Positions 8,773 to 18,767 of a DNA stretch of 56,072 bases are shown in pieces. The first letter of the stretch is position 1. The number at the start of each line of letters is the position of its first letter. The DNA lies in the sequence record SRR20825019_2782; one strand, given 5' to 3'. The notes below the pieces were generated by a model that worked only from the letters and a program-made list of their open reading frames with translations, was not told where the DNA came from and ran no database searches. Made by a program: the position numbers and the translations under genes.

Positions 8773-10475
8773 TGGAAAGATTCATTAACATACTTGTTGT
8801 TGATCAAGATCCTAAAATTAGGGTCGGGTTAAAGGAAATCCTTTCTGGAAGCGGGAATAATGTCCTATTGGCTGAATCCATGTCTGTTGCAGAACAAACC
8901 ATGCAAAAGAAAGGGATTGGAATTTTTTTAATCAACATTGATGAATTTTTCGAAGGGATAGAAATTCTCGAATCCATTCGTAAGAACAGTGTTCTCAAAA
9001 ACAACTATGTCATCTTATTGACAAAAGAGAAAACTCCAGCAGCCCGACTCGTCAAAGGAATTAACCGTGGAGCAATTGATTACCTTCCTGCACCGTTCAA
9101 CCCCAATTTGGTTCGAAGCAAAATTGAAGTCTACAAATCGCTCTTCTACAAAGATCAGCGCATTGGTCAACTTCTAGAAAATATATTTCCAGAAACGATA
9201 CTCGAAGAATTGAGTACTTCAGGAAAATACTCGCCAAAACGGGTTCAAAATGGAATTGTGTTGTTTACTGACTTCGTGGACTTCTCTACGAAAGCAAAAA
9301 AGATCAAACCACTTGGCTTAATTAAACGACTGGAAAGATACTTTACGAAATTTGACAGCATCATCGCCAAGTACAACTTAGAAAAGATTAAGACGATCGG
9401 AGATGCATATATGGCATTGGCTGGAGTAACAGAAAATGAACCTCGTCCTGCTATTCGTGCCTGCATGGCCGCCTTAGAGATTCAGAGTTTTATGCTCACC
9501 GAAAGAGATACAGCACTTGCACTTCGTAGAGATTTTTGGGAAATCCGGATAGGAATGCACATGGGACCGCTGGTGGCAGGAATTATCGGTTCTAGCAAGT
9601 TTAGTTTTGACGTTTGGGGAGATACCGTGAATGTTGCTGCGAGAGCCGAAGAAGTTTCGAGAAGTGGTCAAATTACCATTACATCTAACATTAACGATGG
9701 AATCAGTATGTACTTTGATACTGAACCAAGAGGAAAAATAGATATTCATAAACGAGGTGGAAGCATTGAGATGTTTTATTTGAAAAAAATAAAAGATCGT
9801 TATTCACTCGGTGGAGAAGGACGTTACCCTTCTGTGCAATTGCGGAAAACATGTGGATTGTCCACCATGGATTTCGATCAGATGAGAGCGAACATTCTCA
9901 CACGTTTGCGTTCTCTTTTACCAGAAGACGTGCTCTATCACGACCTCGCGCATACGTTAAATGTAGAAAAAGCCGCAATCCGTTTCGCAAAATTAGAAGG
10001 GGTGACCACCGAAGAAATGTTGATCCTTCGCACCGCTGTGCTTTATCACGATTCAGGATATATTTACGATTATCATGAAAATGAATCGTTCGGAATGCGA
10101 ATGGCTGAATCTACACTCCCTACTTATGGTTATACAGAGGAGCAAATAGAACAAGTCGTGAACATCATTCGATCGACACAAATGCAAACGGAGCCAGAAA
10201 CGCTGTTGCAAAAAATCATGTGTGATGCCGATCACGATTACCTCGGCAGACCAGATTACTATGCGATTGCAGATCGATTGAGAAGAGAAATTGCCATTTT
10301 CGACAGAGAAATGTCTGACGCAGACTGGACTGACTTTCAATTGGTCTTTTTAGAAAAAATTCATCGCTATTATACAGAAACGGCGAAAAACATTCGAGAT
10401 ATTGGGAAAGCAGCTCGAATCCAAGAACTCAGAAATACAAAAGAATTACTCGGAACGCATGAAAGTTTACACTAA
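8772..10475 (+). CDS. Receiver-like + class III adenylate cyclase + HD-domain fusion
   Basis: REC-like N-terminus (ILVVDQD...GAIDYL); cyclase motifs LFTDFVDF, KIKTIGDAYM, RIGMHMG, FDVWGDTVNVAAR; HD motifs YHDLAHT, YHDSG, DAD. Confidence 0.88.
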   Translation: MERFINILVVDQDPKIRVGLKEILSGSGNNVLLAESMSVAEQTMQKKGIGIFLINIDEFFEGIEILESIRKNSVLKNNYVILLTKEKTPAARLVKGINRGAIDYLPAPFNPNLVRSKIEVYKSLFYKDQRIGQLLENIFPETILEELSTSGKYSPKRVQNGIVLFTDFVDFSTKAKKIKPLGLIKRLERYFTKFDSIIAKYNLEKIKTIGDAYMALAGVTENEPRPAIRACMAALEIQSFMLTERDTALALRRDFWEIRIGMHMGPLVAGIIGSSKFSFDVWGDTVNVAARAEEVSRSGQITITSNINDGISMYFDTEPRGKIDIHKRGGSIEMFYLKKIKDRYSLGGEGRYPSVQLRKTCGLSTMDFDQMRANILTRLRSLLPEDVLYHDLAHTLNVEKAAIRFAKLEGVTTEEMLILRTAVLYHDSGYIYDYHENESFGMRMAESTLPTYGYTEEQIEQVVNIIRSTQMQTEPETLLQKIMCDADHDYLGRPDYYAIADRLRREIAIFDREMSDADWTDFQLVFLEKIHRYYTETAKNIRDIGKAARIQELRNTKELLGTHESLH

Positions 10476-11007
10476 AAAAGGAGATACAGGAACCACTCAA
10501 CTCATTGGAGGAACACGCGTTCCAAAAAGCTCCTTGCGCATTGAGGCATACGGCACTGTGGATGAACTAAATTCATTCATTGGACTCATTCGTGATCAAG
10601 CCATTGACGCTGTCATTAAAACGCAACTATTGGAAATTCAAGATCGACTTTTCACGATGGGTTCACTTTTGGCAGAAGATCCAGACGCATCAAAAATGAA
10701 ACTCCCTCAACTTCATGATTCCGACATCACTAATCTTGAAAATTGGATCGACGAAATGGATGCTGTATTGGAGCCAATGAAGAGCTTTATTCTTCCAGGC
10801 GGACATACAACGGTATCATTTACACATATTTCGCGTTGCGTTTGTAGAAGAGCAGAACGCATTTCTGTGGATTTATTTGCAGAACAACCCACTTATCCTA
10901 TCATTTTAACTTACTTGAACAGATTGAGCGATTATCTCTTCGTTCTAGGGCGAAAACTCAGTAAAGACTTGGGTGCTGAAGAATTTCCATGGGTAGCCAG
11001 AATGTAG
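10459..11007 (+). CDS. PduO-type ATP:cob(I)alamin adenosyltransferase
   Basis: KVYTKKGDTGTT, AYGTVDELNS, FILPGG, RRAER, LNRLSDYLF. Start reassigned to the ATG at 10459. Confidence 0.93.
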   Translation: MKVYTKKGDTGTTQLIGGTRVPKSSLRIEAYGTVDELNSFIGLIRDQAIDAVIKTQLLEIQDRLFTMGSLLAEDPDASKMKLPQLHDSDITNLENWIDEMDAVLEPMKSFILPGGHTTVSFTHISRCVCRRAERISVDLFAEQPTYPIILTYLNRLSDYLFVLGRKLSKDLGAEEFPWVARM

Positions 11008-11055
11008 TCAACCTCGTATTTTAGAAAAAAAAATTGAAAGATTTCAAGCATTCAC

Positions 11056-11085
11056 TTGTATTTTTTCAAATTAAAATTACTTTTG
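11056..11085 (+). promoter_or_regulatory. Bacteroidota -33/-7 promoter for DUF2795
   Basis: TTG at 11056-11058, 19-nt spacer, TACTTTTG at 11078-11085. Confidence 0.65.
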
Positions 11086-11115
11086 CGCCAAATAAACTGA
11101 ATAACAACGAGGAAT

Positions 11116-11337
11116 ATGTACTGGACACTAGAATTAGCATCATACTTGGAAGACGCGCCATGGCCAGCAGCGAAAGACGAGCTTATTGATTTCGCTATTA
11201 GAACTGGAGCACCTCTTGAGGTTGTAGAAAATCTTCAAGCATTAGAAGATGAGGGAGACATTTATGAAAGCATCGAAGAAATTTGGCCGGATTATCCTTC
11301 TCGAGAAGATTTCCTCTTCAACGAGGATGAATACTAG
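11116..11337 (+). CDS. DUF2795 family protein
   Basis: MYWTLELASYLEDAPWPA...FNEDEY, the highly conserved small acidic Bacteroidota protein. Confidence 0.92.
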   Translation: MYWTLELASYLEDAPWPAAKDELIDFAIRTGAPLEVVENLQALEDEGDIYESIEEIWPDYPSREDFLFNEDEY

Positions 11338-11344
11338 CAATACT

Positions 11345-11374
11345 AATCCCGCCAACTTGGTGGGATTTTTTTTT
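11345..11374 (+). terminator. Rho-independent terminator
   Basis: AATCCCGCCAA-C-TTGGTGGGATT followed by a T-run. Confidence 0.85.
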
Positions 11375-11388
11375 GATTATCTTGCGGG

Positions 11389-11979
11389 ATGAATTTTCTG
11401 GGACACCTCTATTTTTCCAATGACAACCACCGCTTGATGCACGCAAATCTCTTTGGTGATTTCATAAAAGGAAATGAACTAGATTACCTACCGCAGAAAG
11501 TTCAAGACGGGATTCGTTTGCACCGTACCATCGATTATTACGTTGATCATCACCCAGAAGTGTTGAAACTCATGCGTGAATTGTACACGATCCTACCCAA
11601 AGTTTCAGGCATTGCCATCGATCTTTTTTTCGATCATCTCCTCGCTAAAAATTGGGAAAACTATCATTCAATCCCGCTTGCTGATTTCATCGATTCTTTT
11701 TACAATTCTGAAATTACTGATCGTGATTTTTTTTCACCCGAATATCTTTTTGTGCTAGAAAAAATGAAAGAAAAAAACTGGCTCTATCAATATCAATTTT
11801 CCCATGGATTAATGAAAGCCTGCGCGGGAGTCTCTCAAAGAATTTCTTTCCCAAACGAACTTGGAACGGCCCATCGTGTTTTTGACGAATTCGAGGAAAG
11901 AATTACTGAAACATTTGTCATTTATATGCGAGATGCAAAAGAATATTTCAATAAATATTCGTTAGAAAATGGTCTTTAA
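11389..11979 (+). CDS. acpH: Acyl carrier protein phosphodiesterase
   Basis: MNFLGHLY, NLFGDFIKG, GIRLHRTID, DLFFDH motifs. Confidence 0.9.
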   Translation: MNFLGHLYFSNDNHRLMHANLFGDFIKGNELDYLPQKVQDGIRLHRTIDYYVDHHPEVLKLMRELYTILPKVSGIAIDLFFDHLLAKNWENYHSIPLADFIDSFYNSEITDRDFFSPEYLFVLEKMKEKNWLYQYQFSHGLMKACAGVSQRISFPNELGTAHRVFDEFEERITETFVIYMRDAKEYFNKYSLENGL

Positions 11980-12086
11980 ATAAGCAAGTAATCGATTCGA
12001 AAGCGACCAAGCATTCATTCTAAAAAAAAGATGTAACTTAACCTTCGAAAACTCAATTTAACGCTATCGAATCAATAGTAAAAATA

Positions 12087-13508
12087 GTGCCTCGCTTTGT
12101 CCTTTTCCTTGCCCTTTTCTCGATGGCGGCTTGTGTAATGGAAAAAAATAAAGATGAAAACTCCTTCGAGCGATCGTCCAAACTCATTGACCTTCAGGAC
12201 ATTCTCAGCAAAGGAAAGCTCACCATACTTTTTGAAAATAGTACGACCTCTTTTTTCGACTACAAAGGAAAAGAAATGGGATTCGAGTATGAACTTCTCA
12301 AATTGTTCTGCGAAGACCTAGGAGTTGATCTCGAAGTTGTGGTTGCAAAAAATTTGGATAGCATCACCGAAATGCTCAATACTGGTCAAGTGGACATGGT
12401 AGCTTGCAACTATACCATAACTGGTGAACGAATGAGAGAGATTAATTTCTCAGAACCTTTTATGAAAACGCATCAAGTTCTCGTTCAACGAAAACCTGAA
12501 AATTGGAATAAATTAACCGATAAAGAAAAAGAGAAATTAATCATCGTTAGTCCAGAAGAATTGGCCCAAAAAAAGGTCCATGTTTGGAAAAACTCGAGTT
12601 ATTATCAACGATTAATTCACCTTCAAGAGGAAATTGGTGACACCATATTTATTCAACCCGAAGATGGTTCAACAGGAGGTGAAGAGTTGATAGAAATGGT
12701 TTCGCAAGGAATCATAGACTATACAATTATAGAGGAAAATGTCGCGAACGTAAATCGACAGTTTTTTGATAATATTGATACAGACTTGCGCCTTTCGGTA
12801 GATCAACGCATGGCTTTCGGTATGCGTAAAACAAGTCACCTACTCAAAGCTAAAATCGACGAGTGGTTAATTGACTTTAAACAAACGTCTACCTTCAGCT
12901 ATATTTTCAAAAAGTACTTTGAGAAAAGACACGTGGGAATGACCACTGAAAAGAACTACGCTACTTTAAGTGGAAAAGCTATTTCTTCTTTCGATAACTT
13001 CTTTAGACAAGCTGGGAAGTCGACGGGTTGGGACTGGCGATTAATTGCTTCTGTGGCTTATCAAGAATCTAAATTCAATCCTGAAATTCAGTCGTTTGGA
13101 GGGGCATACGGAATGATGCAATTTATGCCAAACACAGGTCCACATTATGGTGTTTATCCAGATTCCCCACCTGAAGTGCAAATTATGGGAGGAGCGAAAA
13201 AACTGCTCGCAGATGAAAAATCGTGGAACGAAATTCCTGACCCTCTTCAACGGAAAAAGTTCGCATTAGCATCATATAATTCAGGACGTGGACACATTAT
13301 GGATGCTCAACGACTGGCAAAAAAACATGGCTTAAATCACCTTGTTTGGGACAACAATGTAGAAGAAATGCTACTGAATCTCTCCAAGCAAGAATACTAT
13401 CAAGACGAAGTAGTTCGACATGGTATGGTACGCAGCAGAATTACCTATCATTATGTCCGTCATGTCATGGAAAGATACCTTGAATGGATTTCAAAGTATC
13501 CCGTATAA
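12087..13508 (+). CDS. mltF: MltF-like lytic transglycosylase (SBP family 3 + SLT domains), lipoprotein
   Basis: Lipobox-like MAAC; GFEYEL binding-protein domain; SLT motifs YQESKF, GAYGMMQFMP, ASYNSGRGH. Confidence 0.85.
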   Translation: MPRFVLFLALFSMAACVMEKNKDENSFERSSKLIDLQDILSKGKLTILFENSTTSFFDYKGKEMGFEYELLKLFCEDLGVDLEVVVAKNLDSITEMLNTGQVDMVACNYTITGERMREINFSEPFMKTHQVLVQRKPENWNKLTDKEKEKLIIVSPEELAQKKVHVWKNSSYYQRLIHLQEEIGDTIFIQPEDGSTGGEELIEMVSQGIIDYTIIEENVANVNRQFFDNIDTDLRLSVDQRMAFGMRKTSHLLKAKIDEWLIDFKQTSTFSYIFKKYFEKRHVGMTTEKNYATLSGKAISSFDNFFRQAGKSTGWDWRLIASVAYQESKFNPEIQSFGGAYGMMQFMPNTGPHYGVYPDSPPEVQIMGGAKKLLADEKSWNEIPDPLQRKKFALASYNSGRGHIMDAQRLAKKHGLNHLVWDNNVEEMLLNLSKQEYYQDEVVRHGMVRSRITYHYVRHVMERYLEWISKYPV

Positions 13509-14441
13509 TTGGTATTTTTGACCAAAAAAATCAAACATCTTGTTGTCATATCAGGTCCAACGGCTAGTGGTAAAACTGCACTAAGTATCGCGCTTGCTAA
13601 ATACTTTAATACATGCGTTCTCTCCGCCGATTCTCGTCAATTCTACAAGGAACTAGAAATCGGGACAGCAAAACCAACCCGAGAAGAAATGGATGGTGTT
13701 CCGCACTTCTTTATCAACTCGCATAATTTGGTAGATGAAGTAACGGCTGCTCGCTTTGAAACCGAAGCGCTGGAAATCCTAGAAACACAATTTCAAACGA
13801 AAGACCTTATAATTCTTACTGGAGGATCGGGAATGTTCGTTGACGCGCTTTGCGAAGGTCTCGACCCAATTCCAACTTCGAAAGAAGCGAAAGAGCAAAT
13901 CCAAAAAGAATTCGAGGCAGATGGATTAGAAAACCTACTTGATGAATTACAACAAACTGATCCGACGTACTTTTCAGAAGTTGACAGACAAAACCCTATG
14001 CGAGTAATGCGCGCTATCGAAGTCATTCGCATCACAGGAAAACCCTATTCAGAATTCAGAAAAGCTGCGCCGAAAACACGACCATTTGCTATTACTCGTT
14101 TCGTCATCAATCATCCACGAGAAACGTTATACGAACGCATTAATTTACGCGTAGACCTAATGATGAAAGCGGGCTTACTCGAAGAAGTGAAATCTGTACA
14201 GCAACTTCGACCATTAACTTCCCTAAACACGGTTGGATATAGCGAGTTATTTGATTACCTCGACGGGCTCATTACGCTTGAAGAAGCCATCGAATTAATC
14301 AAAAGAAATAGTCGTAGATATGCAAAACGACAACTCACTTGGTTTAGAAGAAATGACAATGCTATTTGGATCGACTTCAAAACCAACGACTTAATGACCG
14401 AGGAAATTATTTCACACATTCGACGTCTAAACTTGGAATGA
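13509..14441 (+). CDS. miaA: tRNA dimethylallyltransferase
   Basis: GPTASGKT, DSRQ, IGTAKP, GGSGMF, YAKRQLTWF. The exact start is uncertain (TTG). Confidence 0.96.
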   Translation: MVFLTKKIKHLVVISGPTASGKTALSIALAKYFNTCVLSADSRQFYKELEIGTAKPTREEMDGVPHFFINSHNLVDEVTAARFETEALEILETQFQTKDLIILTGGSGMFVDALCEGLDPIPTSKEAKEQIQKEFEADGLENLLDELQQTDPTYFSEVDRQNPMRVMRAIEVIRITGKPYSEFRKAAPKTRPFAITRFVINHPRETLYERINLRVDLMMKAGLLEEVKSVQQLRPLTSLNTVGYSELFDYLDGLITLEEAIELIKRNSRRYAKRQLTWFRRNDNAIWIDFKTNDLMTEEIISHIRRLNLE

Positions 14442-14470
14442 TTCTTGAAATGCCTTAACAAAACCGAAAA

Positions 14471-15112
14471 ATGAACATTGTACTCGATAACATCATGCCC
14501 CAGCCACTTGCTTCTATAAAGCACAGCGCTGAATCAATTTGGGGAAACCATATTTCGTTAGAGGCAGGAAAAAAAATTCTTTTAAATGCTTCCAGTGGGA
14601 AAGGAAAATCAACGTTCACCACAACTATTGCAGGATTACGTGACGATTATACTGGCACGCTAACCTATGATGGAAAAGACATTAGAACGTTTGGTCCAGA
14701 CGAATGGACAGAGATTAGAATTTCGAAGCTTTCCGTCGTTTATCAAGATCTTCAACTTTTTCCAAAACTCACCGTTAGGGAAAATTTGATTCTTAAAAAC
14801 TCATTAACGGATGTTTATTCCGAAGTTCAACTGATACAACTTCTTGAACGACTTGAAATTGATAATAAGTGGGGACAGCAATGTGGATTGCTTTCTATGG
14901 GGCAACAACAACGTCTTGCAATTGTCCGAGCGATGGCACAGCCTTTTACATGGTTAATTATGGACGAGCCATTCTCTCATCTTGACGTGGAAAACACGAA
15001 AAGAAGTTTAGACATGATTCATGAAAGAACGACTGAGCAAGGAGCTGGGTTTGTACTCACAACTTTGGGAGACAGTCATGAATATGCGTACGATCAAGAA
15101 TTAAAACTGTAA
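14471..15112 (+). CDS. ABC transporter ATP-binding protein
   Basis: SSGKGKS Walker A, LSMGQQQR signature, MDEPFSHLD Walker B. Confidence 0.88.
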   Translation: MNIVLDNIMPQPLASIKHSAESIWGNHISLEAGKKILLNASSGKGKSTFTTTIAGLRDDYTGTLTYDGKDIRTFGPDEWTEIRISKLSVVYQDLQLFPKLTVRENLILKNSLTDVYSEVQLIQLLERLEIDNKWGQQCGLLSMGQQQRLAIVRAMAQPFTWLIMDEPFSHLDVENTKRSLDMIHERTTEQGAGFVLTTLGDSHEYAYDQELKL

Positions 15113-15114
15113 TT

Positions 15115-16290
15115 ATGCTTCGAAAACTGTTATTTAAGAATCAAGACCGAATGCAATTAGTGATTGCAGTGATCGGAGCGTTTTTGGGAATTACCTTCCT
15201 GATTACTTCAATGCATTATTTAATTAAGGTGAACGAATTTGGTGAGGGAGCTGAAATTCTCGGTCCAAACACGATTATCGTTCAGAAGAAAGTCTCCAAT
15301 TATAGCTTACTTGGATTGAATAAAACGGACTTCTCTCCTACTGAAATAGAAAAAATTAAATCGTACGCCTTTATTGAAGACGTGAAACCAGTTATTTCGA
15401 ACAATTTCAACGTTTCGTTTGAAACTGCAGATCCAATGGTTCCTAGATTTCGTTCAGATGTCTTCATTCAAACAGTTGACCAAGAGTTTTTGGATGTAGA
15501 ACTCACCGACTGGAGCTGGAAAGAAGGTGACGAATTCGTTCCAATGATTATGCCCCGCGATTTCCTTGTAATGTTAAACACGTTTATGAGCGCGAGTGGA
15601 ATCCCTCAAGTTTCGGATGAAATTGTAATGAAAATCAAATGTAAATTCACCCTAAACGACGATACCCAAAAAGAATGGGTAGATTGTAAGATTGTAGGAT
15701 TCACCAATGAAGTTTCTTCCATTCTTGTTCCTGAATCGTTTATGGACTATGGAAATAACAAATTCGCACAAGGGAAAGAACAAAAAATTACGCAGGTAAT
15801 GATTTCCGGGAAGGAAAACGAATTTGGACGTGTGGAAGAATTGTTGGAGGAGCGAGGCTTAGAATCGCGCAGTTCTCAAATGGTTGTCGGACGATTGAAA
15901 AGCATCGTTGGAACATTATTCTTGGTGGTACTTGCGATCTCTGTGATTACAGTTCTGCTCTCCGGATTGGTTCTTATTCAATACATGCAATTACTCATGT
16001 CTCGAAACGCGTACGAAGTTCGAACGTTAATGCGCATCGGTTATCACCCGAAAGGAATCATTCGCAAGTTCTTTGTTTATTTCACCGGTATTTTTGGAGT
16101 TATCGCAGGACTTGGGCTCGCTCTCTTCTTAGGAATCAAGATTCTTCTCGATGACATGTTCGCTTCAGGCGGTGTTTACATCGACAAACAAATTACAATC
16201 GGAAGTCTGGCGGCATTGGCTCTCGCATACGGATTGTTCATCCTTGCAAGCTATTTCAGCGCTCGAAAAGGTATCTTCAAAGAATATTAA
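15115..16290 (+). CDS. FtsX/MacB-like ABC permease
   Basis: One N-terminal TM, large periplasmic domain, three C-terminal TMs with the LMRIGY motif; 2 nt after the ATPase gene. Confidence 0.8.
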   Translation: MLRKLLFKNQDRMQLVIAVIGAFLGITFLITSMHYLIKVNEFGEGAEILGPNTIIVQKKVSNYSLLGLNKTDFSPTEIEKIKSYAFIEDVKPVISNNFNVSFETADPMVPRFRSDVFIQTVDQEFLDVELTDWSWKEGDEFVPMIMPRDFLVMLNTFMSASGIPQVSDEIVMKIKCKFTLNDDTQKEWVDCKIVGFTNEVSSILVPESFMDYGNNKFAQGKEQKITQVMISGKENEFGRVEELLEERGLESRSSQMVVGRLKSIVGTLFLVVLAISVITVLLSGLVLIQYMQLLMSRNAYEVRTLMRIGYHPKGIIRKFFVYFTGIFGVIAGLGLALFLGIKILLDDMFASGGVYIDKQITIGSLAALALAYGLFILASYFSARKGIFKEY

Positions 16291-16372
16291 CCGTTAAAGA
16301 AATGTTAACGCGACATTTGATGCATCCTTTTAACCCGCAAATCGTCTACATTTAAACAAATTGACACAAATT

Positions 16373-17911
16373 ATGAGATCTTTATTATTCCTTCTTTTTA
16401 TTCTAATTGGAACAAGCAGCTTCGCGCAAGAAATTAAATTTCGAGTACTCGGTCAGGGCGACACCACCGTAAATTTGGTTCGTTACTTCGGGAAAGGACT
16501 GTATTATTCTGATACCGCTGAAATCAAAAAAGGGATGGTAACATTTGATGGATCTAAGCAAAAGCCAGGAATCCTTGCTCTTTATTTGCCTGGAAACAGA
16601 ATGTTGGAGTTTGTGTACAATAATGAGGACATCTATATTGAGACACGTTTTCCAGACATCATGAAATTCGCGGAGGTAAAAAAATCTTCGGAGAACAAAT
16701 TGTTCTTCGATTACGTACACTTTTTGGGAGATGAGCGTGAGAAAACACTGGCGATGCAAGAAGAGCTTAAGAAATTAACAAAGGACACTGATGAATACAA
16801 CGCACTGCTAGAAAAAATCAAAGTATCCTCAGGAAGTGTTAAAGAATACCAAACGAATCTGATTGCTAAAAACCCTGAAAAGCTTGTTTCGAAAATCATC
16901 AAAATGTCTATGGACGTTGAAATTCCAGATGCTCCAAGAGATAACGCAGGAAATATAACCGATTCGAATTTTCAGTTCAATTACTACCGAGCACATTATT
17001 GGGACAATGTAGATTTTACTGACGACCGTTTGGTGAGAACTCCGATCTTTCACAACAAGTTGGAGAAGTTTTTCAGTAAGGAAATGATGATTCAACATTG
17101 GGACACCGTAATTCACTACGGTTATGAAGTCTGCGATAAACTGAATCAAAAATCGGACATGTTCCAATATACAGTATCGTGGATCACAAGCGAATACGAG
17201 AAAAGTAAAATTATGGGAATGGACAAAGTGTTTGTTCGCATGGGAGAACGTTATTACTGCTCAAAAAATGACGAAGGAAATTCTCCTGCGTTTTGGATGA
17301 ATGAAAAGCAATTGGATAAATTGTGTAATCGCGTTGGTGAACTCGAAAATACTGTGCTAGGAATTGTTCCTCCGAACATTATTCTTCGTGACACTACGGA
17401 CGTAACGTGGAGAGATTACTACAGTTTAACGAGTGAATACACTATTATTTACTTCTGGGATCCCGAATGTGGTCACTGTAAAAAAATCACTCCAAAATTA
17501 CAGACGCTCTACGCTGAAAAATTCAAAGATCGCAACATTGAGATCTTCGCAATAGGAAAAGCGGTTGGAGATGACTTCGAAAAGTGGAAAGCATACATTA
17601 AGAAGAATAACTTGGAATTCATCAACGTTGCTGTGACAGACAAAATGTACTCAATGGCAATGGAAGATGCACGACAATTGGTTCCGAAATACACCACGTT
17701 AGAATCACTCAATTACCAACAAACGTTCGACGTGTTCACTACGCCAAAAGTCATTATTCTCAATAAAAACAAGGAAATCATTGGTAAAAGTCTTTCTATT
17801 TCTCAGGTTGAAGAAATGCTCGATCGTTTGCAAGGAAAAGCAGATGCAAAGAAACTTTTTCCAATTTCTGAAGAGCCAAAAGATGAACGTGAGCAACAAA
17901 CTTCCAACTGA
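16373..17911 (+). CDS. Exported TlpA-like redoxin (DUF5106-type central domain)
   Basis: Signal peptide; HYWDN...RLVRTP domain; thioredoxin motif WDPECGHC. Start taken at ATG 16373. Confidence 0.8.
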   Translation: MRSLLFLLFILIGTSSFAQEIKFRVLGQGDTTVNLVRYFGKGLYYSDTAEIKKGMVTFDGSKQKPGILALYLPGNRMLEFVYNNEDIYIETRFPDIMKFAEVKKSSENKLFFDYVHFLGDEREKTLAMQEELKKLTKDTDEYNALLEKIKVSSGSVKEYQTNLIAKNPEKLVSKIIKMSMDVEIPDAPRDNAGNITDSNFQFNYYRAHYWDNVDFTDDRLVRTPIFHNKLEKFFSKEMMIQHWDTVIHYGYEVCDKLNQKSDMFQYTVSWITSEYEKSKIMGMDKVFVRMGERYYCSKNDEGNSPAFWMNEKQLDKLCNRVGELENTVLGIVPPNIILRDTTDVTWRDYYSLTSEYTIIYFWDPECGHCKKITPKLQTLYAEKFKDRNIEIFAIGKAVGDDFEKWKAYIKKNNLEFINVAVTDKMYSMAMEDARQLVPKYTTLESLNYQQTFDVFTTPKVIILNKNKEIIGKSLSISQVEEMLDRLQGKADAKKLFPISEEPKDEREQQTSN

Positions 17912-18002
17912 TTTATCCCTAAAACTCATTTTTTCTGTGTAAATTAAAATCGAAAAAAGATATTTCCTTTTTTTATTACAAACAACCAAAATATATTAAC
18001 TC

Positions 18003-18335
18003 ATGGGAAAATTTGAAATCAAGGTAGCGAAGAATGATCAATTCTATTTCAACTTGAAATCCGGGAATGGACAAGTCATCCTTACTAGCGAGATGTATAC
18101 AACCAAAGCAGCTTGCAACAATGGCATTGAATCAGTAAAAAACAATGCTGAAGATGATAGTCGCTACGACCGTAAAGAAGGTGCAAATGGCAAATTCCAC
18201 TTCAATTTGAAATCTGGAAATCACCAAGTAATTGGTTCTAGTCAAATGTACGCTGATAAAAATGGAATGGAAAACGGAATTGAATCAGTTAAGAAAAATG
18301 CTCCTGGCGCAGACGTGGAAGAAGTAGAAGCTTAA
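18003..18335 (+). CDS. yegP: YegP family protein (two DUF1508 repeats)
   Basis: Tandem repeats FNLKSGN-QVI-S-MY...NGIESVK. Confidence 0.92.
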   Translation: MGKFEIKVAKNDQFYFNLKSGNGQVILTSEMYTTKAACNNGIESVKNNAEDDSRYDRKEGANGKFHFNLKSGNHQVIGSSQMYADKNGMENGIESVKKNAPGADVEEVEA

Positions 18336-18355
18336 TTGCACTCAACATAATTTTG

Positions 18356-18388
18356 AAAAGGGAGGTTTGGAAAGAGCTTCCTTTTTTT
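18356..18388 (+). terminator. Rho-independent terminator
   Basis: AAAAGGGAGGTTT-GGAAA-GAGCTTCCTTTTTTT after yegP. Confidence 0.7.
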
Positions 18389-18527
18389 ATGGAGCAAGTT
18401 TTAATTGAGCGAACCCAATGGATTAACCTCAATAACCAATCTCCTACTGAAACTTAAAGTCTAGCAATCCTTGTCAAACATTAATATGTTTAAAATTATA
18501 TACCCTCAATCCAGATAGAAATATACC

Positions 18528-18722
18528 TTGGAACGATTTCCCCTCTTTACCTATAAAGGAACGATGGTAGAAGAATTTGAATCCGTTGCAAGAAGTCTGA
18601 AAAAAGGAGAAGTCGCTAAAGTCGATGTTCCAGAGAACTTCTGGTACTTCGTTGTTCTTAAACTTGAGGATAATAAAACGTTAGCCTCCGCTGAGTCTAT
18701 CTATATCAAAATTGTTGACTAG
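18528..18722 (+). pseudogene. Remnant of a parvulin/PpiC-type peptidyl-prolyl isomerase (C-terminal part only)
   Basis: GTMVEEFESVARSLKKGEV...WYFVVLK resembles the rotamase C-terminal consensus G-x-M-V-x-E-F-E...L-x-x-G-E-V...Y-H-I-I-K; the N-terminal half is absent. Confidence 0.5.
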
Positions 18723-18767
18723 TCTAACTGTCACCAACCTTTTCCAATTAGCATGCGTTACACAAGT

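Noticed and set aside
10402-10458. Upstream extensions given by the ORF track for the adenosyltransferase (also the GT at 23740, GNAT at 50951 and yefM at 51880)
   Set aside because: Family N-termini begin at downstream ATGs (10459, 23776, 51047, 51934).
8772-10475. Pycsar or CBASS anti-phage system
   Set aside because: The cyclase has ATP-type specificity residues, there is no adjacent TM/TIR effector, and the context is housekeeping.
18003-18335. Internal duplication in yegP
   Set aside because: This is the known two-repeat DUF1508 architecture.
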